Source of the DNA: Oikopleura dioica
Lineage: Eukaryota; Animalia; Chordata
Reading direction: 5' to 3'
DNA length: 64,000 bases
NCBI GenBank assembly: GCA_907165135.1
Contig: OU015568.1
Coordinates: 15,759,208-15,823,207, forward strand
Positions 1 to 12,855 of the stretch are shown in pieces; within the stretch, counting starts at the first letter, position 1, and each line of letters begins with the position of its first letter. Made by a program: the position numbers and the translations under genes. The notes under the pieces were generated by a model. The model saw nothing but the letters and a program-made list of their open reading frames with translations, was not told the origin of the DNA and searched no databases.

Positions 1-348
1 TTGGACTTAATAATCTTGGTATTTTTTAAAAATGACAATTTTCTCAAAAAAAAACAAGATAATCGAAAAAGAACAAAGATTTATGGAAATCCGATCAGAT
101 TTTTGGCATGAAAAACCTTGCCATTATCCCATGAAAACCGATTTCTACGGTATTGATAACCCTAACCCTAACCCCATCCCTAATGAAATTTAGAAAAATT
201 TACGAAGAGCTTTGTTTGTGAAAATGACACATTTACCGAGCTTGGTCTCGTGAAAGTGTGGACTTCAAAAACTATCCACTGCAAAGTCAAAAAACTGACG
301 AGAGACTTTCTCCTTGAAAACAATCTCTTCAACAATCAGTTTCTCTAC

Positions 349-818
349 AGTAGGGCTTTAATGGAGTCCTTGAAATCGAAGACCTTTTTCTTAGCTAGTT
401 GGATAAGAGCGTCGACTGCGCCTGGATTCAGCAGAAGGATTTCTGGCTGGACTCTCGCTGAAGCTTGGAAACAAGGACAAGACCAGATGCCGATTTGCTA
501 TCCAGATTCATGTACGAAAAATAATATTTTTAATGATTAAAATTTCATCAGGGGTCAAGCACTTGGTTCAAGAAGACTCGGAATTGAGAGTTTCCTTGAG
601 ATCGAAAAATCGAGTTCTCTGCATTCAAAATTAGAAATAAATGTAAAAAAAAAACGATCTTACAGTGGCTTGAGATTGTAATACGAGGAAGGCGTGTTTA
701 GGGGACAAGCAAAGACAGTTTTGTGGTTTTTGCAAATTGAATTAAATACTGTCGCCGGGGCAACTGAGTACAGTTCCGCTCTTTTGTCGGGAAGCAGGCG
801 TAGACACTTTCCATTCAT
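349..818 (-). CDS. Possible small spliced gene of unknown function
   Basis: ATG near 818 opens MNGKCLRLLPDKRAELYSVAPATVFNSICKNHK... ending at a GTAAG donor near 664; a downstream open segment QIGIWSCPCFQASARVQPEILLLNPGAVDALIQLAKKKVFDFKDSIKALL* ends near 349. Middle exon unresolved. Confidence 0.3.
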
Positions 819-1676
819 TTCTCAAGAATAAAGATCTCATTTATCGGCATCAATCTTGGCCATTTTTTTCTATCAAAAGACCGGTATCATGGAGCAAGAA
901 ATATCCTATTTTCAAAATTACAAAGAGCAGCCCGTAAAAAAGGCAGGAGATATTCGCTTCAATTTGAACGGTAGGTTTTCAAGATCAGAAATTAAACTAA
1001 AATATCCAAGCCGAGGAAAAGTCAAGAATCATTCCAGTTCGGGTAAACAGCAGTTACGGACATCGGCCTTTTTACGATACGATAATCGGGCGAGAAAATG
1101 TTCGAATCAACCACTGTCGAGATTTTCTTTCAAAAAATGGCATTGGTCTTTGAAGTATTTGTCTGTAACTCAATAAAATTATAAGCTGCACGAAAAAATG
1201 TTCAAAGAGAAAGTCTTCAAGTCAATAGCCCGTCCTCCCACAAAGTGGATGTTCCAAAGAGAGGCCCCGGAAATACTTGAAATGCATGAAATTCGTCCTC
1301 ACTGCCCAAATTTGTTCAATAGAATGGTACCTTAAAAGTTGATAAAAACTAATGTGCAGTTTTATTTATTCGAAATTTTTTCAATAAATATCAAAGAGGT
1401 TACTCAAATTGTCAATCAGAGTCCAATTGGCAAGGTCAGAACTCTATCATTTCTTTCTTGAAAAGTTAAACATAGCGAAAAGTCCATCATTTTTCAATAA
1501 TTATCATTCTTTACTGAGTCAAAAGACGTGATATAAATCGCACGGGCAAGCCCAGTTTAGTTTCAAAACATTCAAACACGTTCGAGGAGCAGCACTCGTA
1601 AATAACTAGTCGTAATCATTAGAGGAGCTAACTGCAACACGCACCTCCACCTAGCGCTGGCGGGTCAACTGACCCG

Positions 1677-1683
1677 TATAAAA
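1677..1683 (+). promoter_or_regulatory. Putative TATA box (TATAAAA) of the repeat-protein gene
   Basis: TATAAAAG about 55 nt upstream of the signal-peptide ATG at 1738. Confidence 0.45.
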
Positions 1684-1737
1684 GAATGGAAGCCACGAAG
1701 ATAGGCGATAAGAGAGAGAAGGGCAGCACTAAGAAAG

Positions 1738-4700
1738 ATGAAGCTTTCATTAGCTGTCTTGTCTACTGTTTGTGCAAAAAGAGATCCAGAGTAAGTACAT
1801 CTAATTTGATTTAAAAATATGCCAGAAAAATAGAAGTGCGATATCTTTTTATTGGGATCGCTGATTTTCACAAGATATTTTGATCTTATTTTATCCCTAT
1901 TTTCCAGTGCTGAACGTCGCCTCGAGAAAATACGAGGAAAAGCAGCCGAGTACAAAACTTTCGCAGAAAACAATGACAATGTGAGCACCAAGCGCCTCAA
2001 AGTCATCAACGAGCGAGTTGATCGGCTTGTTTCCGACCTCGAAAGAATCGACGTGTCTGCATGTCCGAGCCCTGGAGTCGAGGAGGACAAATTTTCCGAA
2101 GGAGACGAGGAATTTAGCGAGCTCTGTGACGCTTCTGGAAAGTTTCCATCGATGGTGCGATCCTACGCACGTACGTTTGGATGCCAAGACGGTTTTCCAA
2201 ATCGAAACTTTCTGGAGAGACTTGTCAATCGATCCCACAAGCTCAAGCGAAAAACAAAAAAAGCTGCTAAATGCGATGCTCCAGCCGCAGTAACCACCGC
2301 CACCTCGATCGTCACTGGAACGCCATTCACCAATCCACCTATGCTTGAAATGTGCGACGAAGGGTTTCACGCTGAATGCGATGAGCTCACAAATTCCGAG
2401 ATCTACTTCGAGAATCAGTGGACTTGCCGAAACTGCTTCCGAGTGCGAGCAACTTATGGCCAAAACTCAGGCTTCAAATTCAACCCGGCAAAAGGCGATT
2501 TCGTTAGCGTCCGATTCACCGAGCCAGTTGTCTGGCAAACTTTCAACCATCCAGTCAAAAAGGTCACTGAAGTTGGTGATGATAACACCTGGAAGATCGA
2601 CTTCAAGCACGACGGAAACTTCATGAGCGGAATGATCTTCGAGGGTAATCTCCAAACGTCGGATGACAATCTTCACGTTGACGGAAACTGGATCATTGAG
2701 TCAGCTCAACAATGTAATTGCATAAGAGGTCCTCCTCCACCACCACCATGCTCCGAATCTGACCCATGCAAGGGCAAACTCGATTGCCAGACATTTATCA
2801 ATGCCTGTGAAGTCACTCCGTCGCGAAACAACAGAATCGCTACAATCGATGGCTCCAAAAGCTATTTGGTCTCGGCGGAAGTCCAGTGCGGCGAAAGCTC
2901 CGGTAACTGGGGCGGTATTGTCCATATCAACACAGGCTCAAGCAGAGAGGTGTTTGGGGACAGATACTTCACGTTGTGGGCGAGGCCCGATGGTGGAATT
3001 AAATTTAATGCTCCTCTAAAGGTAATGTTTGTTGCATGTTATGACATTTTTTAAATTACTCAAAACCGCATTGGCTAAAACGTGCTTCGAAATTCTAACG
3101 GTCGGGTTTAGAACAACGGCGAATTCCACGAAGTTGAGTACAACCACGAATGTACCCCTGGTGAGTGGAATACGTACACTGTCCTTCAGCAATACGTCGA
3201 CAGCGTCCTTGAGCTATCTGTAAGCGTAAACGAAGAAGTCCTTGGTACCCACGTTGTCCCCGTAAGGAAAGCTTTCCAAGGAGAGCTGTTTGTCGAAGTT
3301 GCGGGCGATTACCACCCTGCTGCTGACACTTTCAAAGTTCGAAACTTCTTCCACCAGACGTTCTCTCAACCAACCTCTCCCTGCGGTACACCAGTTGACC
3401 CCTGTGATGGAGATGATTCTTGCGACGCGCTCGTCTGGAACTGTCCTATCCGACCAGAATGGTCAAATCTTCTCGGAGAAGTTAAAGGCAATGCAGTTTA
3501 CTCTGCTTCCGTCGATGTTCTCTGTTGAAAAACCGACGGCCATGGCTGGGAAAATGTGATTCACATGACTCAAGGAACAAATCGAGATCAATTTGGCGAC
3601 GGATATTTCACGATCTGGCAACATGCTGACGGTCGACTAAAACTCAACGGACCGTTGAATGGAAATACTGAATTCGACGAGGTTGAATACTACGTCGACT
3701 GCGATGATGATTCCTGGACAAACATTGCTATTTCTCAGAAACCACTTGAAGGAGGACTTTTAGAACTGAGTATGTACCAAGATGGAGAACTCCTCGGCTC
3801 GAACCGAGTTCATTCTAGCGACGCTTTTAGCGGACCAATCAAGGTCTACGCTTCGAATCCGTTTATGCCTCCAGCGGACTTCTTCCAGATAAGAAACTTC
3901 ATTCATCGATCAGCTCCCTACGAGCCTGCTTCTTGTGATGCTACTGACCCATGCGATGGCATCCACGAGTGCGAAACATTCATCAATTCCTGTGCAGTCG
4001 CGCCCTGGCGAGGAACCCGCCTTGCAGAACCAAACGCTCACGATCAATTCAAGATCTCCGCTGAAGTTTTCTGCACCGATCGAGTTGCGTCGAACTGGGA
4101 AAATGTGCTTCACGTTCATACTGGAACCAATCGAGAGAAATTCGGCGATCGATATTTTACGATTTGGAAGCAAGGAGGACACGCGGATAGAATTCGTATT
4201 GTCGCACCTGCATTTGACAATCCTCATTATGAGCTAAACGCGTACGTCGATTGCGCTCCTGGATGGCACACGTTTACCGTTCAACAATCCAAATTTGATG
4301 GAAACAAGATGAACCTTGAGATCATTTTCGACGGGGATGTGGTTGAGTCCCAAGTTGTCGAGAAAAACAATCTCTACAGCGGTCCTCTCTTTGTAGACGT
4401 CTCCAACGAATTCGCGTGGCCCGCTGCGTACGATCACCTCGTCCGAAACTTTTTCCATCAAAACATCGCCTGTGCTGATCCATGCGTTGGCAAAGAAAAC
4501 TGCCAGACAATTGTGAACGAGTGCGAAATCCTTCCGGTAACGAATACGAAGATCATGGAAGTTGAGGCATCGCTCAATTTCAAAGCTTCAGTCGAAGTTC
4601 TTTGCGACCACTCGTTGCCACTTGACGGTCAATGGAAGAATATTTTCCATATGACCGGCGGTGAGAATTATGGCTCGCCAGGAGATCGAACTTTCGCCAT

Positions 4701-6732
4701 GTTCCGCTCAAGGAATGATAATCAATTGCTCATAACAGTTAACGACCCAGCTGGAAGCAATCACCAAAAATACGTCTATGACGAGTGCAGCCAGGGAAGA
4801 TGGAACGAATATTCCGTTGAAGTCCGTCAAGTTGAAAATAACCCGTCTCTCGTTCGATATGTTCTGAGTGTCAACGAACGAGAAGTTCTCGAAGGTTTCT
4901 ACTCGCGAGACGGAACTTTGTCCGAAGGTCCTATCCACGTTTATGCAGCTGATGACTATTATCAGACTGCAACAGCTCATGCTATCCGAAACTTCTATTA
5001 TCAGACGTTCGATGAGCTTGATGGTATATCTTGTGATGATCCAACCGATCCTTGTGAAGAAGAAGGACTCGATAACTGCAACACAATAGTTGATAGCTGT
5101 CCGGTCGCTCCAGAGCCAAATAAACAAATTGGAACCGTCGATGCATCGCTCAACTACAAACTATCCGTTGACGTTCTCTGCAGTCACATGATGCCTCTTG
5201 ATGGTCAGTGGAAAAACATCTTCCACGTTACTGGAGGAGAGAACTATGGACAACCAGGAGACCGAACATTCGCCATGTTCCGGAATCGAAACGAAAACAA
5301 ACTTCTCATCGTAGCCAACGATCCCAACGGAAGCAACCATCAAAGCATCCGATACGTAGACTGCAACGATGGCGAGTGGAACACGTATTCTCTTGAAGTG
5401 AGACAAGATGAGACCTCAATTAACATACTCAAATACGCCATTTTCATCGACGGGGTTGAAATCGATGCCGGACTTTACAGCAAAGACGGTGCACTCACCG
5501 AGGGCGATCTCAAAGTATTCGTTTCTGATGATTACTACGATTCAGCCCTTACCTTCCCTGTTCGAAACTTTTTCTATCAAACATTTGACGAAATCGAAGA
5601 AGTGGCTTGCGAGAATTCTACCGATCCCTGCGATGGCCTTGAAAACTGCACAACAGTTGTGGATAGCTGCCCGATCAATCCGAAGAAAAATGTCGAAGTC
5701 GGAACTATCAGTGCTTCCCTCAACTACAAGTTCTCAGCTGATGTTCTTTGCAGCCATACTATGCCTCTTGATGGCCAGTGGAAGAACATTATTCATGTAA
5801 CGGGAGGAGAGAACTACGGAAATCCCGGTGATCGAACATTCGCCATGTTCCGAAATCGAAACGAAAACAAGCTTCTTATCGTTGCTAACGACCCCACTGG
5901 AAGCAACCACCAAAGCATAAGATACGTTGACTGCAACGATGGCGAATGGAACACATATTCTGTCGAGGTTCGTCAGGATGAGACTTCAATCAATATTCTA
6001 AAATACACTATCAGCATTGATGATGTTCAAATTGATGAAGGCATCTACAGCAGAGACGGCGCCCTGGCAGAGGGTGATCTCCAAGTCTTCGTTTCCGACG
6101 ATTACTACGATTCCGGCATCGCATTCGCGGTCCGAAATGTTTTCTTCCAAACTTTCGATGAGCTTGAAGCGATCTCTTGCTCATCTCCAACGGATCCCTG
6201 CGATGGACTTGAAAATTGCAGCACAGTCATTGATAGCTGCCCAGTTAGTCCAAAAAAGAATACTCAAGTCGGAACTGTCAGCGCTGCAATCAATTACAAA
6301 GTATCTGTAGATCTTCTTTGCAGTCATCTTCAGCCGCTTGATGGACAATGGAAGAATATTTTCCACGTGACTGGAGGAGATAACTATGGGGCACCAGGAG
6401 ACCGAACATTTGCCATATTCCGTAAACGAAACGAGAACAAGCTGCTCATCGTTGCCAACGATCCAAATGGAAGCAATCACCAAAGCGTCAAATACGTCGA
6501 CTGCAACGATGGTGACTGGAACACGTATTCGCTTGAAGTCCGGCAAGATGACGACTCTCTTTCAACTCTTCTTTACGAAATCACCATCGACGGCGTTAAA
6601 GTCGACGAAGGCAGTTACGGCATCGAAGGAGCTTTGACCGAGGGCGATCTTCAAGTTTTTGTCTCTGATGATTTCTACGATTCTGGTATTGCTTTCTCTG
6701 TTCGAAATTTGTTCTTCCAAACCTTCGAATAA
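1738..6732 (+). CDS. Secreted ~1595-aa protein with 7 tandem ~190-aa Cys-linked jelly-roll/LamG-lectin-like repeats (oikosin-like house protein candidate)
   Basis: Exons 1738-1790, 1908-3021, 3112-6732 join in frame through GT-AG introns. N-terminus MKLSLAVLSTVCA is signal-peptide-like. Each repeat starts DPC..C..C and contains W(K/E)NxxHxxxGxNxxxxGDRxF and ends VRNFFxQTF. Confidence 0.8.
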
Positions 6733-7686
6733 GAAGTTTATCTTTAATTGAGTTCAAACTTTGCCCTAATTAAAAAAAATCAACGAAAATATTCCTCAAA
6801 TGACTGTTTTATCCTAAAGAATATATTTATTATTATTTAATAATTATTTAAGGACCCCCCCCCCCCGTATCTAGATATAATTATATCTATCTAACTATAT
6901 CTTGAATAATAGACAGAAAGCCTCAACTGTGATGGGAAATTTCTTAGATGAAGATTTTGTTATAGAGCAAACGAAGATTGTAGACTGTGTACCAAGACTC
7001 ACTCAATGAGTAAATATTTTTGCAGAAACTTACTGCCAGTAAGTAGTTATTCTTGTGAACAAATTCTAAAGTATCCTTCTTGTGGTATGTTCAACATCAT
7101 TTTTGAAAAATGAAAGTATCTTCGCATCCAAAAGAAGTAACAAGAGAAGCAGTTGAGAAATGGGTGGTCGATTTTAAAAAGAAATTGAAGAGAACTAGCA
7201 GCAGAGATGATTTAGACAGGTTGATTTTGTCTGTGGAGAGAAAAGATTTTGAATTTTTTCATTATGCTGACTGGGATGCTGTTATTTTTGAAAATGGAAA
7301 AGGAGAAGTTTCTGGACCCCTTATTAAAGAAGAATGGGCGATAACTTCATTTCAAAAAATGATCCTCGACAATAATCCCAAACTAGAAGGTAGAAAGATT
7401 CGACGGTCAGAACTCAAAGAAGAAACTGGAGAATGGATTCTTGATCAACGTCTTGAAGAAAAGTTATTTCTTCTGGGGGAGAAGCGATTGTTTTAGAAGA
7501 AAAATTTGGAGAATTGGAAGTTGGTGTTCGGGTTCAGGCCTTTGACTCGACGCTGTTTGCTGACAACAAAGATGAGTTGGCGTTTTTAGTTCATCTTTCA
7601 AAAGGTAACTTTAATTTTACTTATTTTTGATAAACTTTCAGATTACGAAATCGCTGAAAACCGCGAAGAAGACGACGCGCCTGTTA

Positions 7687-8148
7687 CAGGGTTTGAAAAG
7701 ACACAAATTTTGATTGAGCATGAGCACGACTGAGCATTGGCGTGCTCATATTAAGCTGAGCCTGAGCATGATTGAGCAACCGCCTGCTCGAATTTCCGGG
7801 AACGGTCGGACTCATTACCAAAATGTTTGGTAACCCATTACCAATTTTCGGTAGTCGATTATTAATTAATTTTAACTTTTTCGCCAAGTTTATGAATAAA
7901 ACACCCCACAAGTTTTCTATTATACAGGCGCGGAGCGCACACTTGCTCTTTGAATGAAAAAATTGCCACTTTTTTGACGAATTTGGTAATGCATTACCAA
8001 AATTGGTAATGGGTTACCACAATTGGTAATGGGGATCAATTGGTAATGAGTCCGACCGTTTCCCCAAATTTCGCTGAGCCTGAGCACGCTGAGCATGCTC
8101 AGAGCTCATGCTCAGTGCTCTGAGCATGCTCGGACTTTTCAAACCCTG
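7687..8148. mobile_element. hAT-type MITE inserted in kinase exon
   Basis: TIRs CAGGGTTTGAAAAG / CTTTTCAAACCCTG; perfect 8-bp TSD GCCTGTTA (7679-7686, 8149-8156); subterminal TGAGC/GCTCA repeats; removal restores DDAPVIPVH as in copy 2. Confidence 0.9.
7797..8065. mobile_element. MITE nested inside the hAT MITE
   Basis: TIRs GGGAACGGTCGGACTCATTACCAA / TTGGTAATGAGTCCGACCGTTTCCCC; flanks GAATTTC / AAATTTC (7 bp, 1 mismatch); internal TTGGTAAT/ATTACCAA repeats. Confidence 0.8.
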
Positions 8149-8947
8149 GCCTGTTATCCCTGTTCATCAAAACTTGATCAAAAACTTCTGCAACATCGAA
8201 GTTTACTCGAGCATGGACGAGCAAAGAGATGACTGCCTTGGATGGATTACGATAATGGAGAAATGCGACTCCGACTTGAGAAGCAGATTGAAAAACGAAG
8301 ATTTGAGTTTAGAAGCGAGGAAGAAAATTGCGATCGGAGTTCATTTGGGAATAAATTATTTGGAGAGCATTGGAATTGACCATCGCGATCAAAAACCTGA
8401 AAATATTCTATTGAAAAATGGAGAATGCAGATGGATTGATTTTGGGACAATAGAAGAAAAAACTGGAAGGGAGAGTTACCGAAGAATGGGCTACGCGAGA
8501 AGAGGGAGCAAATATAGAAGCTATTCGCATTTACGTAAGTTTTGAATTTGAGTTATTTGAAAATTATTTGCTAATCTTATTTTTTCAAAGGTGCTGGGTC
8601 TGCTGCATTTTCATGCAGTTTGCAACTTTTCGGACACTATGGAGGCGTCGAATCAGCACTTCACGTTTTGATTTTATGCGATTGGAAAACAGCCTGGAGC
8701 CTTCTGTTCAAACCGATCGAAGGGGGCTGACCGGACTGACCAGAGTGTAATATGGGCAACGTGAGGTGCTAAGTCCGAAAGAATGAGGCAAGTGCAGGTG
8801 GGTAGGACTAGACACCAAATGAAGACATGCGAGGAATATTGACATTGATTCTTCCGCTTCAGTCCGAAAGTTATGAAGATAGGCAAATTTATCCGTCTTA
8901 TTCCAAAGGCGCTGAAAACGTCGGTATGCTGAAAACGTCGTGTATCC

Positions 8948-9396
8948 ATTGATTTCGTCTTCCGTGACCATGTTGGTAACTCCGGTTTTAAATGAGCAGA
9001 AATTATGCCGACTTTCTGAGTCTGGAAATCAAGCGCGTTTGGACTAGAGCGCTCCAGAACAAGAACGGTTGGTGGTCGCTCAAACCACGCAGTCGCAGTG
9101 TCGTTGAAGTCGTAGCCATCCACCTTGGAGAACATGTTCCGATCCCAAATGAATCCGACTTGTTCCTTGCTTGAAGTTGTTCCTTGGCGCTCTCCAGTGA
9201 ACCAATCGTACTTGTCGACGGCTGCGTCGATGTCGTTAACGAGACTTAGGAATGCCGTCTCAGAAATATCTCTTATTTCCTAATCTTGAATTATTTTTGC
9301 CGAATAATTATTGAATTTGCGTGGATAGTAGCAATATCGTAGCGCTGGAGGATCTCGACGATTTGGTTTTTGACAGGCTCTTTTCCGTATTTTGTC
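8948..9396 (-). pseudogene. DNase I fragment (partial duplicate of 12856-14468)
   Basis: TKYGKEPVKNQIVEILQRYDIATI / EIRD...SAHLKP nearly identical to copy 2; truncated at both ends; frameshift after HLKPE; lacks GDFN, YD and SDH motifs. Confidence 0.85.
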
Positions 9397-9661
9397 ATAT
9401 AAAAGTCTATAAAATAGACTATAATGGCGCATAGCCTATGCGGCATAGGGTTAAAAAGTCCGGCAATACCGAGAAAAACACGAGAAAAAAAAACAAAGTT
9501 TGACCTTCTCATAGAGCAAACGCAAAATCGACGTGTGCAAATTGCGCGAGATTCACTCACTAAGTAAATATTTCTTGCAGAAAGTCATTCTTGTGCGGAA
9601 GTTTTCAATTTTTCTTTAACTTACGATTTCTTCTTCGACGCTCAACATTTCGTTTGAAAAA

Positions 9662-12600
9662 ATGCACGTCTCTTCTCATCCAAAATAATTGACAAGAGAA
9701 GCTGTTGAGAAATGGCTCGAGGAGTTTATATATAAATTGAAGAGAACGACGAGCAGAGATGATTTGGACAGATTGATTTTGTCGGTGGAGAGATATGAGT
9801 TTAAAGATATATGGTGTGCTGGATGGAAGGAGGTTACTTTTGAAAATGGAAAAGGCGTAGTTTCTGGTGGAAAGTATAATATAAATGAAAAATGGCCGAT
9901 AAATTCATTTCAAAAAATGATTCTCGACAAAAATCCGGTACTCGAAGGAAGGGAAATTCAACGGTCAGAACTGAAAGAAGAAACTGGAGAATGGATTCTC
10001 GATCCTCTTCTTGAACAAAAAGTTATTTCTTCTGGAGGAGAAGCGATTGTATTTGAAGAAAATTTTGGAGAATTGGAAGTGGCTGTTCGGGTTCAGGCTT
10101 TTGATTCGGCGCTGTTTGTTGAGAAAAAGGAACAGTTGGAGTTTGAGATTCATCTTTCGAAAGGTAATTTTAGTTTTGCTAATTTTTGATAAATTTGGGT
10201 TAAACCAATTTCTGGAAGTGATTTATTGGATCAGGGTTTTGATTGGCCGGTAGGCCAAATACAGCAATCTTATTGGTAATCCAAAAATGCACTTCCATAA
10301 ATTGGTTTAGTCCATAAATTTAGGCACAAACCAAAATAAGTATGTCTGGAGCTAGGACGTGACAGCGTAGGACCAAATCACAAAGTATCATACATTAAAG
10401 TAAGATTTAATATTCTCATTGGAAAAAAAGAATCGTTTGATGTTCTTAGTGGAAAAAAAGAAAAATTTAAGATCCTTATTTGAAAAAAAGTAAGTGATTT
10501 TTAGGAGGGCCAATAAGATTGCTGTATTTGGCCTACCGGCCAATAAGAAACCCAAACTTTTTTAATACTTACTAGTATCACCGATCCAATTTTGCACAGT
10601 CCTGACTTGGATTTACATTATAATTTTATACTTCAATGGGGTAAAACCAATTTTTGGAAAATTTAATTTTGGAGAAATGAATTTTGAAACGATTAGTGTA
10701 GAACAAGTTAGTAGAGAAACGATTAGTGTGGATAGAGTTATTTTGAAACGACTTATTTTGGAAGAACTAATTTTGGAAGTGATTTTATGGACAGGGTTTT
10801 GATTGGCCGGTAGGCCAAATACGGCAATCTTATTGGTCATCCAAAAATGATTTTTGGAGACTTGGATTTCCAAAATTAACCGGTCCTAGATTATTTTTTA
10901 AAAATTAATCAAAAAAAAAATCATTTTTCCAAAATTAATCGTTTCAAAATTCATTTCTCCAAAATTAAATTTTCCGAAAATTGGTTTAGACCCTTCAATG
11001 TATGATACTTTCTTATTCGATCCTTCAATGTATGATACTTTCTTACTTGGTCCTACGGTGTCACGTCCAAGCTCCAGACTTACTGACTTTGGTTAGCCCC
11101 TAAATTTAAGATTACGAAATCGCTCAAAACAACAAAAGGGATGACGCTCCAGTCATCCCTGTTCATCCAAACGTGATCAAACATTTCTGCAACATAGAAA
11201 TTTACTCAATCAAAGACGAGAAAAGAGAGGACTGCATTGGATGGATTACGATTATGGAAAATGCGACTCAGATTTGAGAAGCAGGTTGAAGAATGAAGAT
11301 TTGAATTTAGAAGCGAGGAAGAAAATTGCGATCGGAGTTCAAGCGGGAAGTGAGTATTTGGAGAGTATTGGAATTGAACATTACGATCGGAAGCCTGAGA
11401 ACATTTTATTAAAAAATGAAGAATGCAAATGGATCGATTTCGGGATAATTTGGGAACATACTGGTAGGGAGAGCTACAGAAGAATGGGTTACACAAGGAA
11501 AGGGAGAAAATACATATTCTCTCTGTATTTATGTAAGTTTTGAATTTGAGTTATTTGAAAATTTTTTGCTCATCTTTCTATTTTTTCTAAGATGCTGGTT
11601 CTGCTGCATTTTCAAGGGGTGAGCAAATTTGTGAAGATGGACTAGGAGATACATCACCACTCCACGTTTTGATTCTTTGCGACTGGAAAACAGCCTGGAG
11701 CCTTCTTTTCAAACCGATCGAAAAAGACGAGAGAGAGAAAATAGAAGAAGAACTAAGGGTAAGAGCGTCTTATTTCTAATGAATTTCATCCAGGAATATT
11801 TCTAGAAATTTCATGCTGAGTGGCTCTCAAACAACTTTCACTTATCCGAAAAAATCAAAAAAGTGTCAAAAATCATTTCTCTTAAAAACGTGGCTCCTGA
11901 TTTTTGCCTGGACGATCCAAACTTGACGAAGTCTTCGGCAATGGCCAATCTGAAACAAAAACTGACAAGACAGATCAATTTCGACTTCAAAAACGTGACG
12001 AAAAATGTTTTAAACCAAAAAGAAAGCAATCTCTGCGTCCCCATTTCAGTTTCAGTTCTTCTAAGATGGGCGGTGAAAAATGATTTGAAACCTGAAAATT
12101 GGAAAATGGAAAAATATTTTACTCTCGAAACAATCTTCACTCTTCTGACAATGATAATTTATCCGCGAAGTTTGGCTGGCTTCAATCTCAATCCGAGAAA
12201 AGAAGAACGGAAATTTCAAGAAAACGAAATTGAATTGCTTCTCAGAAGAATGAAATTCCAAACTTATTTTAATAAAAGTGGATGGAAAATTATCAGCAGG
12301 TTGAGTTTGATAAATGCGAACTTCGATTTTGAAAAAGGTTTTAAAAATAGTCAAATTAATCATTCTACATATTTTTAGTCCTTCTGCATCTAACCTTAAC
12401 ATTCTCCCGTCCCTTAACCGTCACCGGCGCCTACTTAAATCCCGACGGCTCAATATTTTTCCACCAAATGGTTCTCGATCGAATCGAAAACTCCGAATTC
12501 ATTCTCCAAAACACTCTCATCGACCATTCGGGGTCTCAAATCAGGATTCCTCTTTCTCGCGAATTCTACGTCGAATACCACTTCATGGAAGATTGCTTCA

Positions 12601-12746
12601 AATGCTACAATGATTTTGTTTATTTCGGTGATAACAACGAGTTTCTCGCTTTGGTCAACGAGAATTTCAATATGGAAAAAGAAAGATGGTATCTTTTGCC
12701 TCAAGCGTATTCAATTACTCTTACTCCACCTCAAAAAAATTCATAA
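9662..12746 (+). CDS. Atypical Ser/Thr-kinase-like protein with C-terminal papain-fold (Cys-His-Asn) domain, copy 2; possibly pseudogenised
   Basis: Exons 9662-10163, 11111-11532, 11592-11758, 11806-12337, 12379-12746 (~663 aa after restoring one A near 11260). Motifs ISSGGEAIV, VAVR, HYDRKPENILL, WIDFG; then NQKESNLCVPIS, RPLTVTG, FHQMVLD, FILQNT. In-frame TAA at 9686-9688 (GAA in copy 1). Confidence 0.7.
10197..10314. mobile_element. Short GGG-terminated MITE (A) in kinase intron 1
   Basis: Ends GGGTTAAACCAATTTCTGGAAGTG / CACTTCCATAAATTGGTTTAGTCCA; flanked by TAAATTT at 10190-10196 and 10315-10321. Confidence 0.7.
10322..11100. mobile_element. Long-TIR MITE (C) in kinase intron 1
   Basis: About 70-bp imperfect TIRs (…GTCTGGAGCTAGGACGTGACAGCGTAGGACCAA / TTGGTCCTACGGTGTCACGTCCAAGCTCCAGAC…); flanked by TAAATTT at 10315-10321 and 11101-11107. 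Confidence 0.75.
10639..10993. mobile_element. Long-TIR MITE (B) nested in element C
   Basis: TIRs GGGTAAAACCAATTTTTGGAAAATTTAATTTTGGAGAAATGAATTTTGAAACGATTA and its reverse complement; TSD TTCAATG at 10632-10638 and 10994-11000. Confidence 0.85.
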
Positions 12747-12855
12747 ACGACTAGATTTTCTGAAAACATAAGTTGATAACTCAATGCAAATAAAATATTT
12801 CATTTATTGAGAAACATCAAAATAACTTCGTGGTAATCAGCAGGTTTTATTGATT

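Larger units (their letters stand above)
7110..8722 (+). pseudogene. Atypical protein kinase, copy 1 (disrupted and 3' truncated)
   Basis: HRDQKPENILL and WIDFG kinase motifs; paralog of 9662-12746; -1 frameshift near 7460; hAT MITE inserted in exon 2; homology to copy 2 stops near 8722. Confidence 0.8.

Noticed and set aside
158-183. Telomere
   Set aside because: Only a few degenerate units, internal, and similar to the repeats inside small mobile elements.
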